From: Methylococcales bacterium
GTDB taxonomy: Bacteria > Pseudomonadota > Gammaproteobacteria > Methylococcales > Methylomonadaceae
Assembly (NCBI GenBank): GCA_028707085.1
Contig: JAQTUW010000001.1
Coordinates: 57,030-121,029 of the forward strand
Length of the DNA stretch: 64,000 nt
Direction: 5' to 3'
Shown here: positions 47,560-56,856 of the stretch, one piece after another
Numbering within the stretch: position 1 is the first letter of the stretch
How the letters are laid out: each line of letters opens with the position of its first letter
Notes under the pieces: model-generated
What the model was told of the DNA's origin: nothing
The model's input: only the letters and a program-made list of their open reading frames with translations
Databases searched by the model: none
Made by a program: the position numbers and the translations under genes

Positions 47560-49398
47560 ATGCGGATTCAGGCATTACCCACTCAATTGATCAATCAGAT
47601 AGCCGCCGGGGAAGTGGTGGAGCGGCCTGCCTCCGTGGTCAAGGAACTGGTGGAAAACTGTTTCGACGCCGGCGCGGGCCAGATCCATATCGACATTGAG
47701 CAGGGCGGCATGCGCCAGATCAAAATCCGCGACAACGGCTGCGGCATCGACAAGGACGATCTGGCGCTGGCCCTGTCGCGCCACGCCACCAGCAAAATCG
47801 CATCGCTACAGGATCTGGAACAGGTTCTGAGCATGGGCTTTCGCGGCGAAGCCCTGCCCAGCATCAGTTCGGTCGCCCGTCTCACCCTGATCTCCAGAAC
47901 CGCCGGCGCAGACTGCGCCTGGCAGGTCAGCGCCGACGGCAGCGAGAAAAACTTCGATCCGCGGCCCGATCCCCACCCGCCCGGCACCACGGTGGAGGTG
48001 CGCGACCTGTTTTACAACACCCCGGCCCGCCGCAAATTCCTCAAAACCGAGAAAACCGAATTTGCCCATATCGAAAGCCTGATCCGGAAGCTGGCGCTCA
48101 GCCGTTTCGATATAGGGTTTGCGTTGCAACACAACCAGCGCGAGGTGCTGAACTTAAAACCGGCGGCCAGCCTGGCGCAGCAGGAAAAGCGCGTCGCCGC
48201 CATTTGCGGTTCCGGTTTCACCGAAAATGCGGTGCATATCGACTTTGCCGCCTCCGGCCTGCGCCTGCGCGGCTGGGTCGGTCTGCCGACCTTTTCCCGC
48301 AGCCAGCCGGATATGCAGTTCTTTTACGTCAACGGCAGGCTGATCCGCGACAGACTAGTGGCGCATGCGGTCAAACAGGCTTACCAGGACGTGCTGTATC
48401 ACGGCCGGCAGCCGGTGTTCGTGCTGTATCTGGAACTGGAGCCGGCGCTGGTGGATGTCAACGCCCATCCGGCCAAAACCGAAGTGCGTTTCCGGGAAGG
48501 GCGAATGGTGCACGATTTTCTGTTTCAGGCCCTGCACCGCAGTCTGGCGGAACAACGCCCCGGCCAGCCGCCCGTCATTGAGGTCGTGGCCCCGGCGGAA
48601 GCCGGGCCGGTAGCGGCAACCTCGCCGCCCAGACAGATCCCGCTGCCGATGACGGCCGTGCTGCCCGCGCCGGCCAGCCCCCGCCATCCCGCCGCTGTCG
48701 GCTACCGGCAGGATACAGCCGGGACGGTGGCGCAACGCTATGACCAGCAGATAAAAAATTACAGCAAGCTTTATTCGGAAACTGAAGCCGCACAACCGGC
48801 TGGCGAACAGGCCATGCCGCCGCTGGGCTTTGCGCTGGCGCATATCCACAGCATCTATATTCTGGCGGAAACCGCCAATGGCGTGATTCTGGTGGACGCC
48901 CACGCCGCCCACGAACGCATCACCTACGAGCGCCTGAAACAGCAGCATCAACAGCGCAGCATGGTCTCTCAGCCGCTGTTGTTGCCGCTGAAAATCGCGG
49001 TCACGGCGGCGGAAGCCGATCTGGCGGAACAGGAACAGGCCTTTTTTATGGAGATAGGTTTCGAACTGAACCGTTCCGGGCCGGAAACCCTGCTGTTGCG
49101 CGCCACGCCGGCGCTGCTGGCGAAAACCGACGTAGACCAATTATTGCGCGACATGCTGGCGGACATGCTGGCCATCGGCTTCAGCCGCCGGGCGGAGGAA
49201 AAAATCAACGCCATCCTCGCCAAAATGGCCTGTCACGGCGCGGTGCGCGCCCAGCGCAAGCTGAGCCTGGAGGAAATGAACGCCCTGCTGCGGAAGATGG
49301 AGCAAACCGAACGTATCGGCCAATGCAACCACGGCAGACCCACCTGGGTGGCGCTGAGCCATCAGGATCTGGATCGGTTCTTCATGCGTGGCCAATAG
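47560..49398 (+). CDS. mutL: DNA mismatch repair endonuclease/ATPase MutL
   Basis: The protein contains IAAGEVVERPASVVKELVENCFDAGA, DNGCGI, FRGEALPSI and the C-terminal dimerisation domain. Confidence 0.95.
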   Translation: MRIQALPTQLINQIAAGEVVERPASVVKELVENCFDAGAGQIHIDIEQGGMRQIKIRDNGCGIDKDDLALALSRHATSKIASLQDLEQVLSMGFRGEALPSISSVARLTLISRTAGADCAWQVSADGSEKNFDPRPDPHPPGTTVEVRDLFYNTPARRKFLKTEKTEFAHIESLIRKLALSRFDIGFALQHNQREVLNLKPAASLAQQEKRVAAICGSGFTENAVHIDFAASGLRLRGWVGLPTFSRSQPDMQFFYVNGRLIRDRLVAHAVKQAYQDVLYHGRQPVFVLYLELEPALVDVNAHPAKTEVRFREGRMVHDFLFQALHRSLAEQRPGQPPVIEVVAPAEAGPVAATSPPRQIPLPMTAVLPAPASPRHPAAVGYRQDTAGTVAQRYDQQIKNYSKLYSETEAAQPAGEQAMPPLGFALAHIHSIYILAETANGVILVDAHAAHERITYERLKQQHQQRSMVSQPLLLPLKIAVTAAEADLAEQEQAFFMEIGFELNRSGPETLLLRATPALLAKTDVDQLLRDMLADMLAIGFSRRAEEKINAILAKMACHGAVRAQRKLSLEEMNALLRKMEQTERIGQCNHGRPTWVALSHQDLDRFFMRGQ

Positions 49399-50355
49399 AT
49401 GCGCGATCGCGATAAACCGTCCGCCATCCTGCTGATGGGGCCGACGGCCTCCGGCAAGACCGCGCTGGGCGTGGCCATGGCTCAGGCTTTGAATGCGGAA
49501 ATCATCAGCGTGGATTCGGCGCTGGTCTACAAAGGCATGGACATCGGCACAGCCAAACCCGGCATGGCCGAACGCGGCGGAGTGCGGCATCACCTGATAG
49601 ACATCATCGATCCGGTGGAAAGCTTTTCCACCGGTCAGTTTCGTGCCCAGGCCCTGGCGCTGATGGCCGACATACAACGGCGCGGCAAGCTGCCCATGCT
49701 GGTGGGCGGCACCATGCTGTATTTTAGCGCCCTGACTCAGGGACTGGCGCAACTGCCGGCGGCCGACGCCGAAATTCGGCGCAGGCTGGAAAACGAACTG
49801 CATACCGCAGGCAGGGAAGCCCTGCACGCCCGGCTGGCGGCCATCGATCCGGCGGCGGCGGAACGCATCCACGTCAACGACCCGCAACGGGTGCAGCGGG
49901 CGCTGGAAGTGTATGAAATCAGCGGCCGGCCGATCTCCAGTTTCTTTCAGCCCGGCCAGGCCGCCGAGCACCCGTTTAAGCTGATCAAATTTATCATCGC
50001 CCCCGCGCAGCGCGCCAGCCTGCACCAAAAAATCGCCCAGCGTTTCCAGGCCATGCTGGCGCAAGGCTTTCTGGACGAAGTGCAGGCCCTGATGCGGCGT
50101 GGCGACCTCAACGAAACCATGTCTTCCGTTCGTTGCGTCGGCTACCGCCAGGCCTGGTCGTATCTAAAGGCGGAATGCGACTACGCCACGATGCAGGACA
50201 AAGCCATCGCCGCCACCCGGCAACTCGCCAAACGCCAGTTCACCTGGCTACGCAAGGAACAAAACGCCTGCCAGCTACTGAGCGAAGCCGACGACCTGCT
50301 TGAACAGGCCCTGCGGCATTATTATGCGCAACTGGCGCAAAGCGGCACACAATAA
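49399..50355 (+). CDS. miaA: tRNA dimethylallyltransferase
   Basis: The protein contains the P-loop LMGPTASGKTAL, the motif ISVDSALVYKGMDIGTAKP and VGGTMLYF. Its start abuts the mutL stop. Confidence 0.95.
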   Translation: MRDRDKPSAILLMGPTASGKTALGVAMAQALNAEIISVDSALVYKGMDIGTAKPGMAERGGVRHHLIDIIDPVESFSTGQFRAQALALMADIQRRGKLPMLVGGTMLYFSALTQGLAQLPAADAEIRRRLENELHTAGREALHARLAAIDPAAAERIHVNDPQRVQRALEVYEISGRPISSFFQPGQAAEHPFKLIKFIIAPAQRASLHQKIAQRFQAMLAQGFLDEVQALMRRGDLNETMSSVRCVGYRQAWSYLKAECDYATMQDKAIAATRQLAKRQFTWLRKEQNACQLLSEADDLLEQALRHYYAQLAQSGTQ

Positions 50356-50367
50356 TCGCGCCGTCCC

Positions 50368-52433
50368 TTACAATTCAGCCAGTCTGGCCGTAACCCAGTC
50401 ATGGTTGTTCTGGAATTCCGCAAACGCCGGGGATTGTTTTACCAGTTCAGCCAGAAGCTGCTCGGCTTGCCGGTAATAGTCTTTGGCTGGCTGAAGCTGG
50501 CTGGTTTGCTGGTAAAACTCGCCTAATTTGATGTAAGCAACCGCCAGGCCGTTTTTAAAGCCGACATGCTCCGGATAGGCGTGATGCAGTGCCTGACTCA
50601 ATTTGGCATGGTCTGCAAAATACCGCAAAGCGCGTGGCAAATTGCAGAGGGTTAACTGATAATTCCCCAGTCTTTCGCAAAGGATAGCCAGGTCTTCATC
50701 GGCCTGATCCAGGTGTAAAACCAGTTGCCCGTCATAATGGGCGAACAGCCCGGCCTGTTGATAATCGGCGTTCGGCATGTGTCCGCTGCTGGGTTCATAT
50801 TCCAGTTTGTTTATCAGCCCTTTAATCAGGCCCCGGCCATCTTCCAGCAAACGCGGCTGATTTTTGCGCAGCACAATCTCCTGCACCACCGGGCTGATTT
50901 TAAATTCCGTTCCATCCTGTCTATCCAGCCAGCCTTTTTGGGACAGGTCGAGCAGGGCGGTTTCCTGTCCGGCCAGATTCGGCAGCAGCGCTTCCAGGCT
51001 GGCGTAACTGATAAATTCCGCAGGTAGCAGCGAAAACACCGACAGCAACGCGGTCTCCACCTCGCTTAATTCACTCAAATCGTACATCGCCGCAATAACC
51101 GCTTCCGGCGTGGTTTCGCGTAAGGCCACATGCCCGGCGCATGATAGTCGATACCCACTTCGGTATGGTTCAAACTTAATAAACCGTGCTGTTGCAGATC
51201 GTGGAGCAGGTCGGCAAGCCGGTAACGGACTTTAAGGCCATTGCGCTTGCTCAGGTATTTCACCAGCAGTTTTATGACCAGGGTGTTATAACCGACAGCG
51301 GCCAGTATTTGTTCCAGCAAACCGTCTTCGCCGGCGTCATGCTGAGGGTAAAAGCGCTTGAACAGATCGGCCGCCGCAGAAGCGGGCAAGGCGGCGATTT
51401 TATAAGCGGGCAGATGTTCAAATACGGTAATACGGCTGGTGAGCAGGATATGAAAATTCGGACAGCGGCGCAAGGCAAGATAATAATCCGTCAGCTCATT
51501 AAGCTTATTGGCGTTGTCGATGACTAATAGACTGGGCTTGGCCAATTCCAGTAAGGCGGTCAAAATAGCCTCCAGGCGTTCGTTTTCAGTACAATGAGCT
51601 TAAACTCAAATCTGCAAGGGCGGGGCCCAGCCCCAACAAGGCGTCCAGCAGACTGGTTTCGGCAAATACCCAGGCCATGTGCTTATAATTTGAACGATGC
51701 TTATGATAATAATGCGCCGCCAGCGTGGTTTTGCCGATGCCGCCTTCGCCATTCACCAATAATAAAGGCCGGCCGCTTTGCAGATTGTCCTCAACGGCTT
51801 TGATATCCGCTTCCCGGCCTATGAATTCCTCGGAAAGAAATGGCGGGGTGTTGAGGATTTTGCGGATTTTTTTATCACCATAATTAAAAAAATGGACATG
51901 ATCGGCTTTTTCAATATAAGACCCTTGTGTGTCCTGCCGTATGTGACGCTGTTCCTCTGCCATAAATGATGTCCGATTAAGCAGTAGGCAGTGTAATTCT
52001 TTTGCCGGTGGAAGGCTATTGGTTATTTATGGTTATATTCCCGGCAGTTTCGATATATTGGCATTTCTCGCCTTGTGTGATTGTTCGGGTTGGTTCAGGC
52101 TTGACGGTTGGGTCTTTAAAATAGGTGAAAATAAACGGTTTTTTACTTATCCTTGAAATGCCCAAAAGCCGTTTCAAATTCTTCAGCAGTGTACATGCCG
52201 ACTTTATTGCAAGCCAGCAGTACAAAAACATCGGCTTCGGCAATTTTTTTGTTGTACTCATCCTGGGATCGAGTTAGCGACATCCGCGTAGTCAAATCTT
52301 CCCAAATATCCAAATCCAAAACTACGGCCTGATCATGCCACAGCTTGTTTTTACGGGAAATCTCAGTTTCAAACTGCTGGCGCTCGGCTTTCAGTTTGTT
52401 TGATGAGGCTAGAAAGAGTTTGATGTGCTGCAT
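50368..52433 (-). pseudogene. Degraded STAND NTPase: TIR-like N-terminal domain, NB-ARC P-loop NTPase, TPR-like repeats, broken by at least 4 frameshifts or stops
   Basis: Five consecutive minus-strand ORFs lie in frames 2,1,0,2,0. The N-terminal domain is IKLFLASSNKLKAERQQFE...ADVFVLLACNKVGMYTAEEFETAF, continued in another frame by KKPFIFTYFKD. Walker A is LLLVNGEGGIGKTTLAAHYY. After a frame change come ENERLEAILTALLELAKPSLLVIDNA (Walker B) and HILLTSR. A helical-repeat C-terminus follows. Confidence 0.65.
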
Positions 52434-52650
52434 AATATTTTTTTTGACAAGCGATTAACGCGGGTTATCCCATTGTTATTTGTGAATGGTTAGTCATAAA
52501 TTGCGTTGAGTCTTAAAAACCAATGTTGGGTCAACAGCCTATTGCTTTGCAAATCCCTGCGTTCGCCATGAGCTTATCTAAGCGTAATTTTTCGAGGCTC
52601 CCTTGCAACAGCGCTGTTGAAAAACAAGACCGCGCTTACGCCGTATTTCA

Positions 52651-52760
52651 TTTATCCACTGTTTAATTGCTGAACAATTTTAAAATACCGCATTAAATCA
52701 ATATCTTAATACCGCTTGCCACGGATTGGCCACAAACTTATCCACAGTTTTTGTGGATAA
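52651..52760. promoter_or_regulatory. Cluster of DnaA boxes: two perfect consensus boxes as an inverted pair plus one 8/9 box
   Basis: TTATCCACA (52738-52746) and TGTGGATAA (52752-52760) are separated by 5 nt. TTATCCACT lies at 52651-52659. AT-rich sequence lies between them. Confidence 0.5.
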
Positions 52761-52887
52761 CCGGCTTTTAAACTTTGGCTTTAAAATTTGTTGCGGAAAC
52801 AATGCGCTTGCAGGATGGCCAACACGTCGCCAGCGGCGCGGCGCGGTTTTTGAACCGCGCAAAACCACTGGCCCGGCGTGTAACGAT

Positions 52888-53673
52888 TTATGGTTGAAAA
52901 ACCGTCTGAAAAAACTGCCGCATCGCCGCCCAGGATTTTTGATCCGCTTCTGGATTGTAGGCTATCGGTAGATTGTTGGCTTTGCCGAGCCGGTCTGCGT
53001 CGGGGTTGGTAAAACCATGTTTGGCTCCCGGATAGTTCACAAAGCGGTATTTTGCGCCTGCTCGCGTCATTTCCCGCTCAAAGTCGGCGATACTCCCGGC
53101 GGAGACCAGGCTGTCGTCGGCGCCGTTCAGCACTAAAATTTGCGCCTTGACCATGCCGGGTTCGGCGGGTGTTTTTGTGACCAAATTGCCGTGAAAACTC
53201 ACCACCGCAGCCAGATCGACGCCACTCCGCGCCATGTCCAGCACCACTGACCCGCCGAAACAGTAGCCAATCGCCGCAATTTTGGCGGCATCGACCCCAG
53301 GCTGTTTTTCCAGAAAAGCCTTCGCGGCCAGAAACCGCTGCTTTTTCAGGTCGGCATTTTCAAGAACGCTATTCATAAAGCCGGCGGCGTCACTGGCGTG
53401 CTCGCTGCTTTTGCCGTCGCCATACATATCCACGGCCAGCGCGGTATAACCCAGGTTCGCCAGCATCCGCGCCCGTTCGCGGGCATAATCGTTCAGGCCC
53501 CACCATTCATGCACCACCAGCACGCCCGGCTGCTTCTCGCCTTTGGCGTCATTCCGAACCAGATAGCCTTTCAGCACTGTATCGCCCGCCTTATAATCGA
53601 CGTTTTCTTCGTGTAATGCCGCTTGCAGGCCGGAACTGAAAAGTAAGGCCAGTAGTATCAGGTAGTGTTTCAT
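52888..53673 (-). CDS. Secreted dienelactone hydrolase family protein
   Basis: It has a signal peptide. The motifs are GVLVVHEWWGLNDY and IGYCFGG (nucleophile elbow, Cys type), with a downstream GAKHGF. Confidence 0.85.
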   Translation of the reverse strand: MKHYLILLALLFSSGLQAALHEENVDYKAGDTVLKGYLVRNDAKGEKQPGVLVVHEWWGLNDYARERARMLANLGYTALAVDMYGDGKSSEHASDAAGFMNSVLENADLKKQRFLAAKAFLEKQPGVDAAKIAAIGYCFGGSVVLDMARSGVDLAAVVSFHGNLVTKTPAEPGMVKAQILVLNGADDSLVSAGSIADFEREMTRAGAKYRFVNYPGAKHGFTNPDADRLGKANNLPIAYNPEADQKSWAAMRQFFQTVFQP

Positions 53674-53960
53674 GCTTTGAACCTGTTATGGGTGGTAATG
53701 AAATTGATAATACCTTATTTTGCCGGACAGGCCTCCTGGTAGTCCGCCAATTTTGTTTTGACGAATAGGCTAATCTGCTGCCGGGGTATTCCGCCAGAGG
53801 ACGCCGTGAATACATCCATGTAGGCTGGAGTCGGCATCCATGCCTCCTAAACCTCTGTCAAAATACCCTGGCAGCAGATGGGCGGCTCTTATCCGTCATT
53901 ATAACATTGGCGGACTACTACGCTGGCGACATTGTCTGACCGGCCTGTATAATAAACGGC

Positions 53961-55088
53961 GTGATTAAATCAATACAACAAATTCCGACCAGTCCGGCTT
54001 TTATTGTGGATGCCGGGCGTATCGAAGCCAATCTGCAAATCCTGTCCGCCATACGCCGGGCCTCCGGCTGCCGAATACTGTATTCGATGAAAGCCCTGCC
54101 GCTGGTTCCGGTGCTGGAATGCCTGTTCGCACTGGACGGGGTGTCCGCCAGCTCGCTGTTCGAAGCCAGGCTGGCCAGACAGGTATTGGGGGAGGGGGCG
54201 GATATTCATCTGACCACGCCGGGTCTGCGCGGCCATGAATTTGCCGAACTGGGCGATTTGTGCAGCCATATCAGTTTCAATTCCCTGCCGCAATTTCAAA
54301 ACCTCAACGGTCTGGCGAACGGCTATTCCAAAGGCTTGCGCGTCAATCCGAAGCTACCGTTCGCCGCTGACCGGCGTTATGATCCCTGCCGCCCGCATTC
54401 GAAACTGGGCGTGGACATCAGTCTGCTGGACAAATGCCTGCCGGCCGGGGTGGAAGGCCTGCATTTTCATACCATGTTTTCCGGCCTGGATTTTCAGCCG
54501 CTGTTAACCGTTGCGGCGGTCATGGAAGGGCTGCTCAGGCAGTCGCCGCAACTCAAATGGCTGAACATGGGCGGCGGCTATCTTTATCCGCAGATTGCCG
54601 ACGCCGGCCCGCTGATTGCGCTGATCGGCCGGCTGCGCGGCGAATTCAATATTCAGGTCTATCTGGAGCCGGGCAAGGCGCTGGTCGGCAACGCCGCATA
54701 TCTGCTGACCACGGTGCTGGATCGTTTCGACAGCGACGGCAAAACCGTCCTGGTGCTGGACACCTCGGTCAATCACCACCCGGAAGTGTTCGAATATGGG
54801 TTGCAGCCGGCGCTGCTGGAAGCGGACGGGGAGGGCGCGGAACAATCGGCGATCCTGGCCGGTTCAAGCTGCATGGCGGGGGACGTGTTCGGCGAATACC
54901 GCTTTCGGCGGCTGCCGGCTGTCGGCGAGCGGCTGGTGTTCCGGGATGTCGGCGCTTACAGCCTGATCAAGGCCAGCCGCTTCAACGGCTACAACCTGCC
55001 GGACATTTATATGCTGGAGGCGGACGGGGCGCATCTGTACCGGCAGTATGGCTATGAAGACTACCGTCGGCAATGGGATAAGCGCTAA
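53961..55088 (+). CDS. nspC: Carboxynorspermidine/carboxyspermidine decarboxylase
   Basis: The 375-aa length, the N-terminus PTSPAFIVDAGRIEANLQIL....SGCRILYSMKA and the C-terminal GAYS...FNG pattern are typical of NspC. The call is from recall of the family. Confidence 0.8.
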   Translation: MIKSIQQIPTSPAFIVDAGRIEANLQILSAIRRASGCRILYSMKALPLVPVLECLFALDGVSASSLFEARLARQVLGEGADIHLTTPGLRGHEFAELGDLCSHISFNSLPQFQNLNGLANGYSKGLRVNPKLPFAADRRYDPCRPHSKLGVDISLLDKCLPAGVEGLHFHTMFSGLDFQPLLTVAAVMEGLLRQSPQLKWLNMGGGYLYPQIADAGPLIALIGRLRGEFNIQVYLEPGKALVGNAAYLLTTVLDRFDSDGKTVLVLDTSVNHHPEVFEYGLQPALLEADGEGAEQSAILAGSSCMAGDVFGEYRFRRLPAVGERLVFRDVGAYSLIKASRFNGYNLPDIYMLEADGAHLYRQYGYEDYRRQWDKR

Positions 55089-55099
55089 GCGCCCAACAC

Positions 55100-55567
55100 T
55101 TATCCGCTTCCGCAGCCGCCCTGCACCACCGTTACCCATTGCCGGGTTTTCAGCAGCCGCGACTCATGCTCGGCAATCACCAGCACATGGCTGCTGGCCG
55201 CCATCTTGATCCGGGCGGCGATATAGGCCGAAACCGTATCGGCCAGTTCAAATTCGGCTGTCAGCGGAGTAGGGTTGTTTTCCACCAGAATATAGACCCG
55301 GCGGATATTTTTCAGCGCGCTGCTGATGGTGACCGGCACGGCCGCGCCATCTTCGGCGATGTCCGGTACGGACAGCGTGATCGCCGGGCTATCGATCAGC
55401 GGCTGCCCGGCAAACAGCCCGGCAAGGGCGTCGTCAAGCCGGCTGGCGCTGAAATACTCGGCCAGCCGGGCGGCGACCGCGGAATCCGGCCATAAGCCGG
55501 ACAGCAGCCAGCCCAGCCAGCCTAGCCCCTGTCTGAGAAAAAGTCGGCGGCTTGAAAGCAAGTGCAT
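55100..55567 (-). CDS. SoxY-like sulfur carrier protein (Tat signal, C-terminal GGCGSG)
   Basis: The twin-arginine leader is SSRRLFLRQG. The body is Ig-like. The C-terminus ...VTVVQGGCGSG resembles the SoxY GGCGG swinging arm. No soxZ is adjacent. Confidence 0.65.
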   Translation of the reverse strand: MHLLSSRRLFLRQGLGWLGWLLSGLWPDSAVAARLAEYFSASRLDDALAGLFAGQPLIDSPAITLSVPDIAEDGAAVPVTISSALKNIRRVYILVENNPTPLTAEFELADTVSAYIAARIKMAASSHVLVIAEHESRLLKTRQWVTVVQGGCGSG

Positions 55568-55668
55568 ATTTATTGATGTGGATCAAAAAAATAAACAAGC
55601 CATTTAGTATCCTTTGCTCCGTTGAAATTATTCAGCACCATCTAAACAACAAATAAGGAAGGTACAAA

Positions 55669-55863
55669 ATGAGTGAAGTTCAAGAAAAAGACAATTTCTG
55701 GCTCTATATTGGCATCGCTGTTGTATTGTTTGCCGGTGTGATCTTTATGGTAAAAAACTCCGAGCACGATAAATATGCATCTGCTTCAAAAGCAATCGCA
55801 GAAGACTCAAGCAATTCAGCTTACCGTAACGACGTGCTGCACAGCCAGGGCGCACAAAAATAA
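55669..55863 (+). CDS. Small single-TM protein (64 aa), hypothetical
   Basis: An SD-like AAGGAAGG lies upstream. The single TM is FWLYIGIAVVLFAGVIFMV. A clean terminator follows. Confidence 0.45.
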   Translation: MSEVQEKDNFWLYIGIAVVLFAGVIFMVKNSEHDKYASASKAIAEDSSNSAYRNDVLHSQGAQK

Positions 55864-55961
55864 TGAATCATTATACCAAAGCCGGCAGCCTGCCGTCGCC
55901 GGTTTTGGGAAGGTGAGAGCGTGAAGATTATACTCCTTTAAAAGTGATTAGCGTGCGGGAC

Positions 55962-56004
55962 TGAGCTCTGATGAAACGACTGTTTTGTCAGAGCTCATTT
56001 TTTT
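55962..56004 (+). terminator. Rho-independent terminator
   Basis: A 10-bp stem, TGAGCTCTGA (55962-55971) pairing with TCAGAGCTCA (55988-55997), is followed by 7 T. Confidence 0.75.
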
Positions 56005-56321
56005 AGGTTCAGGTCGAAGATTTAGGCCGAAAGACTGCGTTGCGGCTCAAAATCCGCTCAGCGCAAACCGCAGGCCCATCCCGCGCCGCCAAACCAATTG
56101 CCGCAAATACAAACCGGGATTGCTGCGCAAAGCAGCCCAAGCCCGCGCGCCGTCTGGCCGCGCAATTGCAGCCACGGCTGTGGCTGGTTTTAAATTCCCG
56201 AAAATCCCGAAAAAAATTCAAATAGTCTGTAACAAAATCGCTGTTTCGCCGACTGATGCATCAGGAAAGCAAACCATGCTTTCCTCTTTGTCCATCAATT
56301 CAACCCGAGAGGCTTAACAGC

Positions 56322-56651
56322 ATGAACAAAAAATCCCTAGCGCTGACGCTTGGCGGCGCAGTCGCCACCATATTGACCGCCAGTCCATTGGTTCACGCCC
56401 AGGAAAATCCGTTCGGCATGCAAAAAATCAGCGCTTCGCAAGCCCTTGCCCAGGCTGATGCAAAAATGCCCGAGGGCGGTTGCAGCGCCGCAAAAATGCC
56501 GGAAGGCAAATGCGGCGAAGGCAAGTGCGGGGCCAGTAAAAATAAAATGAAAGAAGGCGGCTGTAGCGGCGCGGCCAAATCCGGTCAAAAAATGAAAGAG
56601 GGCGGATGCAGCGGCAAAATGAAGGAAGGTGGTTGCAGCGGCAAAATGTAA
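56322..56651 (+). CDS. Secreted Cys-repeat RiPP precursor of the HvfA / EGKCG-bufferin type
   Basis: The signal peptide is MNKKSLALTLGGAVATILTASPLVHA. The core region carries six Cys in the repeats KMPEGGCS, KMPEGKCGEGKCG, KMKEGGCSG (x3). It lies immediately upstream of the DUF692/MNIO gene. Confidence 0.75.
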   Translation: MNKKSLALTLGGAVATILTASPLVHAQENPFGMQKISASQALAQADAKMPEGGCSAAKMPEGKCGEGKCGASKNKMKEGGCSGAAKSGQKMKEGGCSGKMKEGGCSGKM

Positions 56652-56714
56652 ACAAGCCAGGCCGCCAATAAACGTTATTGACGGCCTGCTCTTAAAATTC
56701 AGCGGGAGATAACA

Positions 56715-56849
56715 ATGTCAGTCATGTGCAAAATGAATAATCAATGCAGCCAGAAAAAAGGCCTGTGCAGCCATGAAACAATGATGCTGGCCGTGATGGC
56801 GGCGGGGGTGTTAGCGGCCATCGGGCACTGGGTTCTGGGCTGGTTCTAG
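56715..56849 (+). CDS. Unlisted 44-aa ORF: Cys-containing N-terminus plus one TM helix
   Basis: The product is MSVMCKMNNQCSQKKGLCSHETMMLAVMAAGVLAAIGHWVLGWF. GGGAGA lies 6-11 nt upstream of the ATG. The stop is 7 nt before the MNIO start. The ORF is below the size cut-off of the supplied track. Confidence 0.45.
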   Translation: MSVMCKMNNQCSQKKGLCSHETMMLAVMAAGVLAAIGHWVLGWF

Positions 56850-56856
56850 AAAATCC

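Noticed and set aside
48355-50064. Long minus-strand ORFs (261 aa and 307 aa) opposite mutL and miaA.
   Set aside because: They are antisense shadow frames of two unmistakable housekeeping genes, and no motifs were found. The same reasoning applies to many other Arg/Gly/Pro-rich ORFs in the track, for example 1255..1971, 4073..4513, 21723..22322, 30957..31520, 31733..32308, 33445..34188, 41396..41965, 42035..42556 and 54434..55057.
52440-52890. The chromosomal replication origin (oriC), suggested by the perfect DnaA boxes.
   Set aside because: Only three boxes were found. There is no obvious array of AT-rich 13-mer-like repeats and no dnaA, dnaN, gidA or mioC context. The region is kept as a DnaA-box cluster of unknown role.
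55985-56317. A 110-aa ORF and antisense partners in the GC-rich spacer before the RiPP precursor gene.
   Set aside because: The product is Arg/Pro/Ala-rich and there is no RBS. The ORF begins inside the terminator of the preceding gene. The region is more likely non-coding promoter or leader DNA for the RiPP operon.
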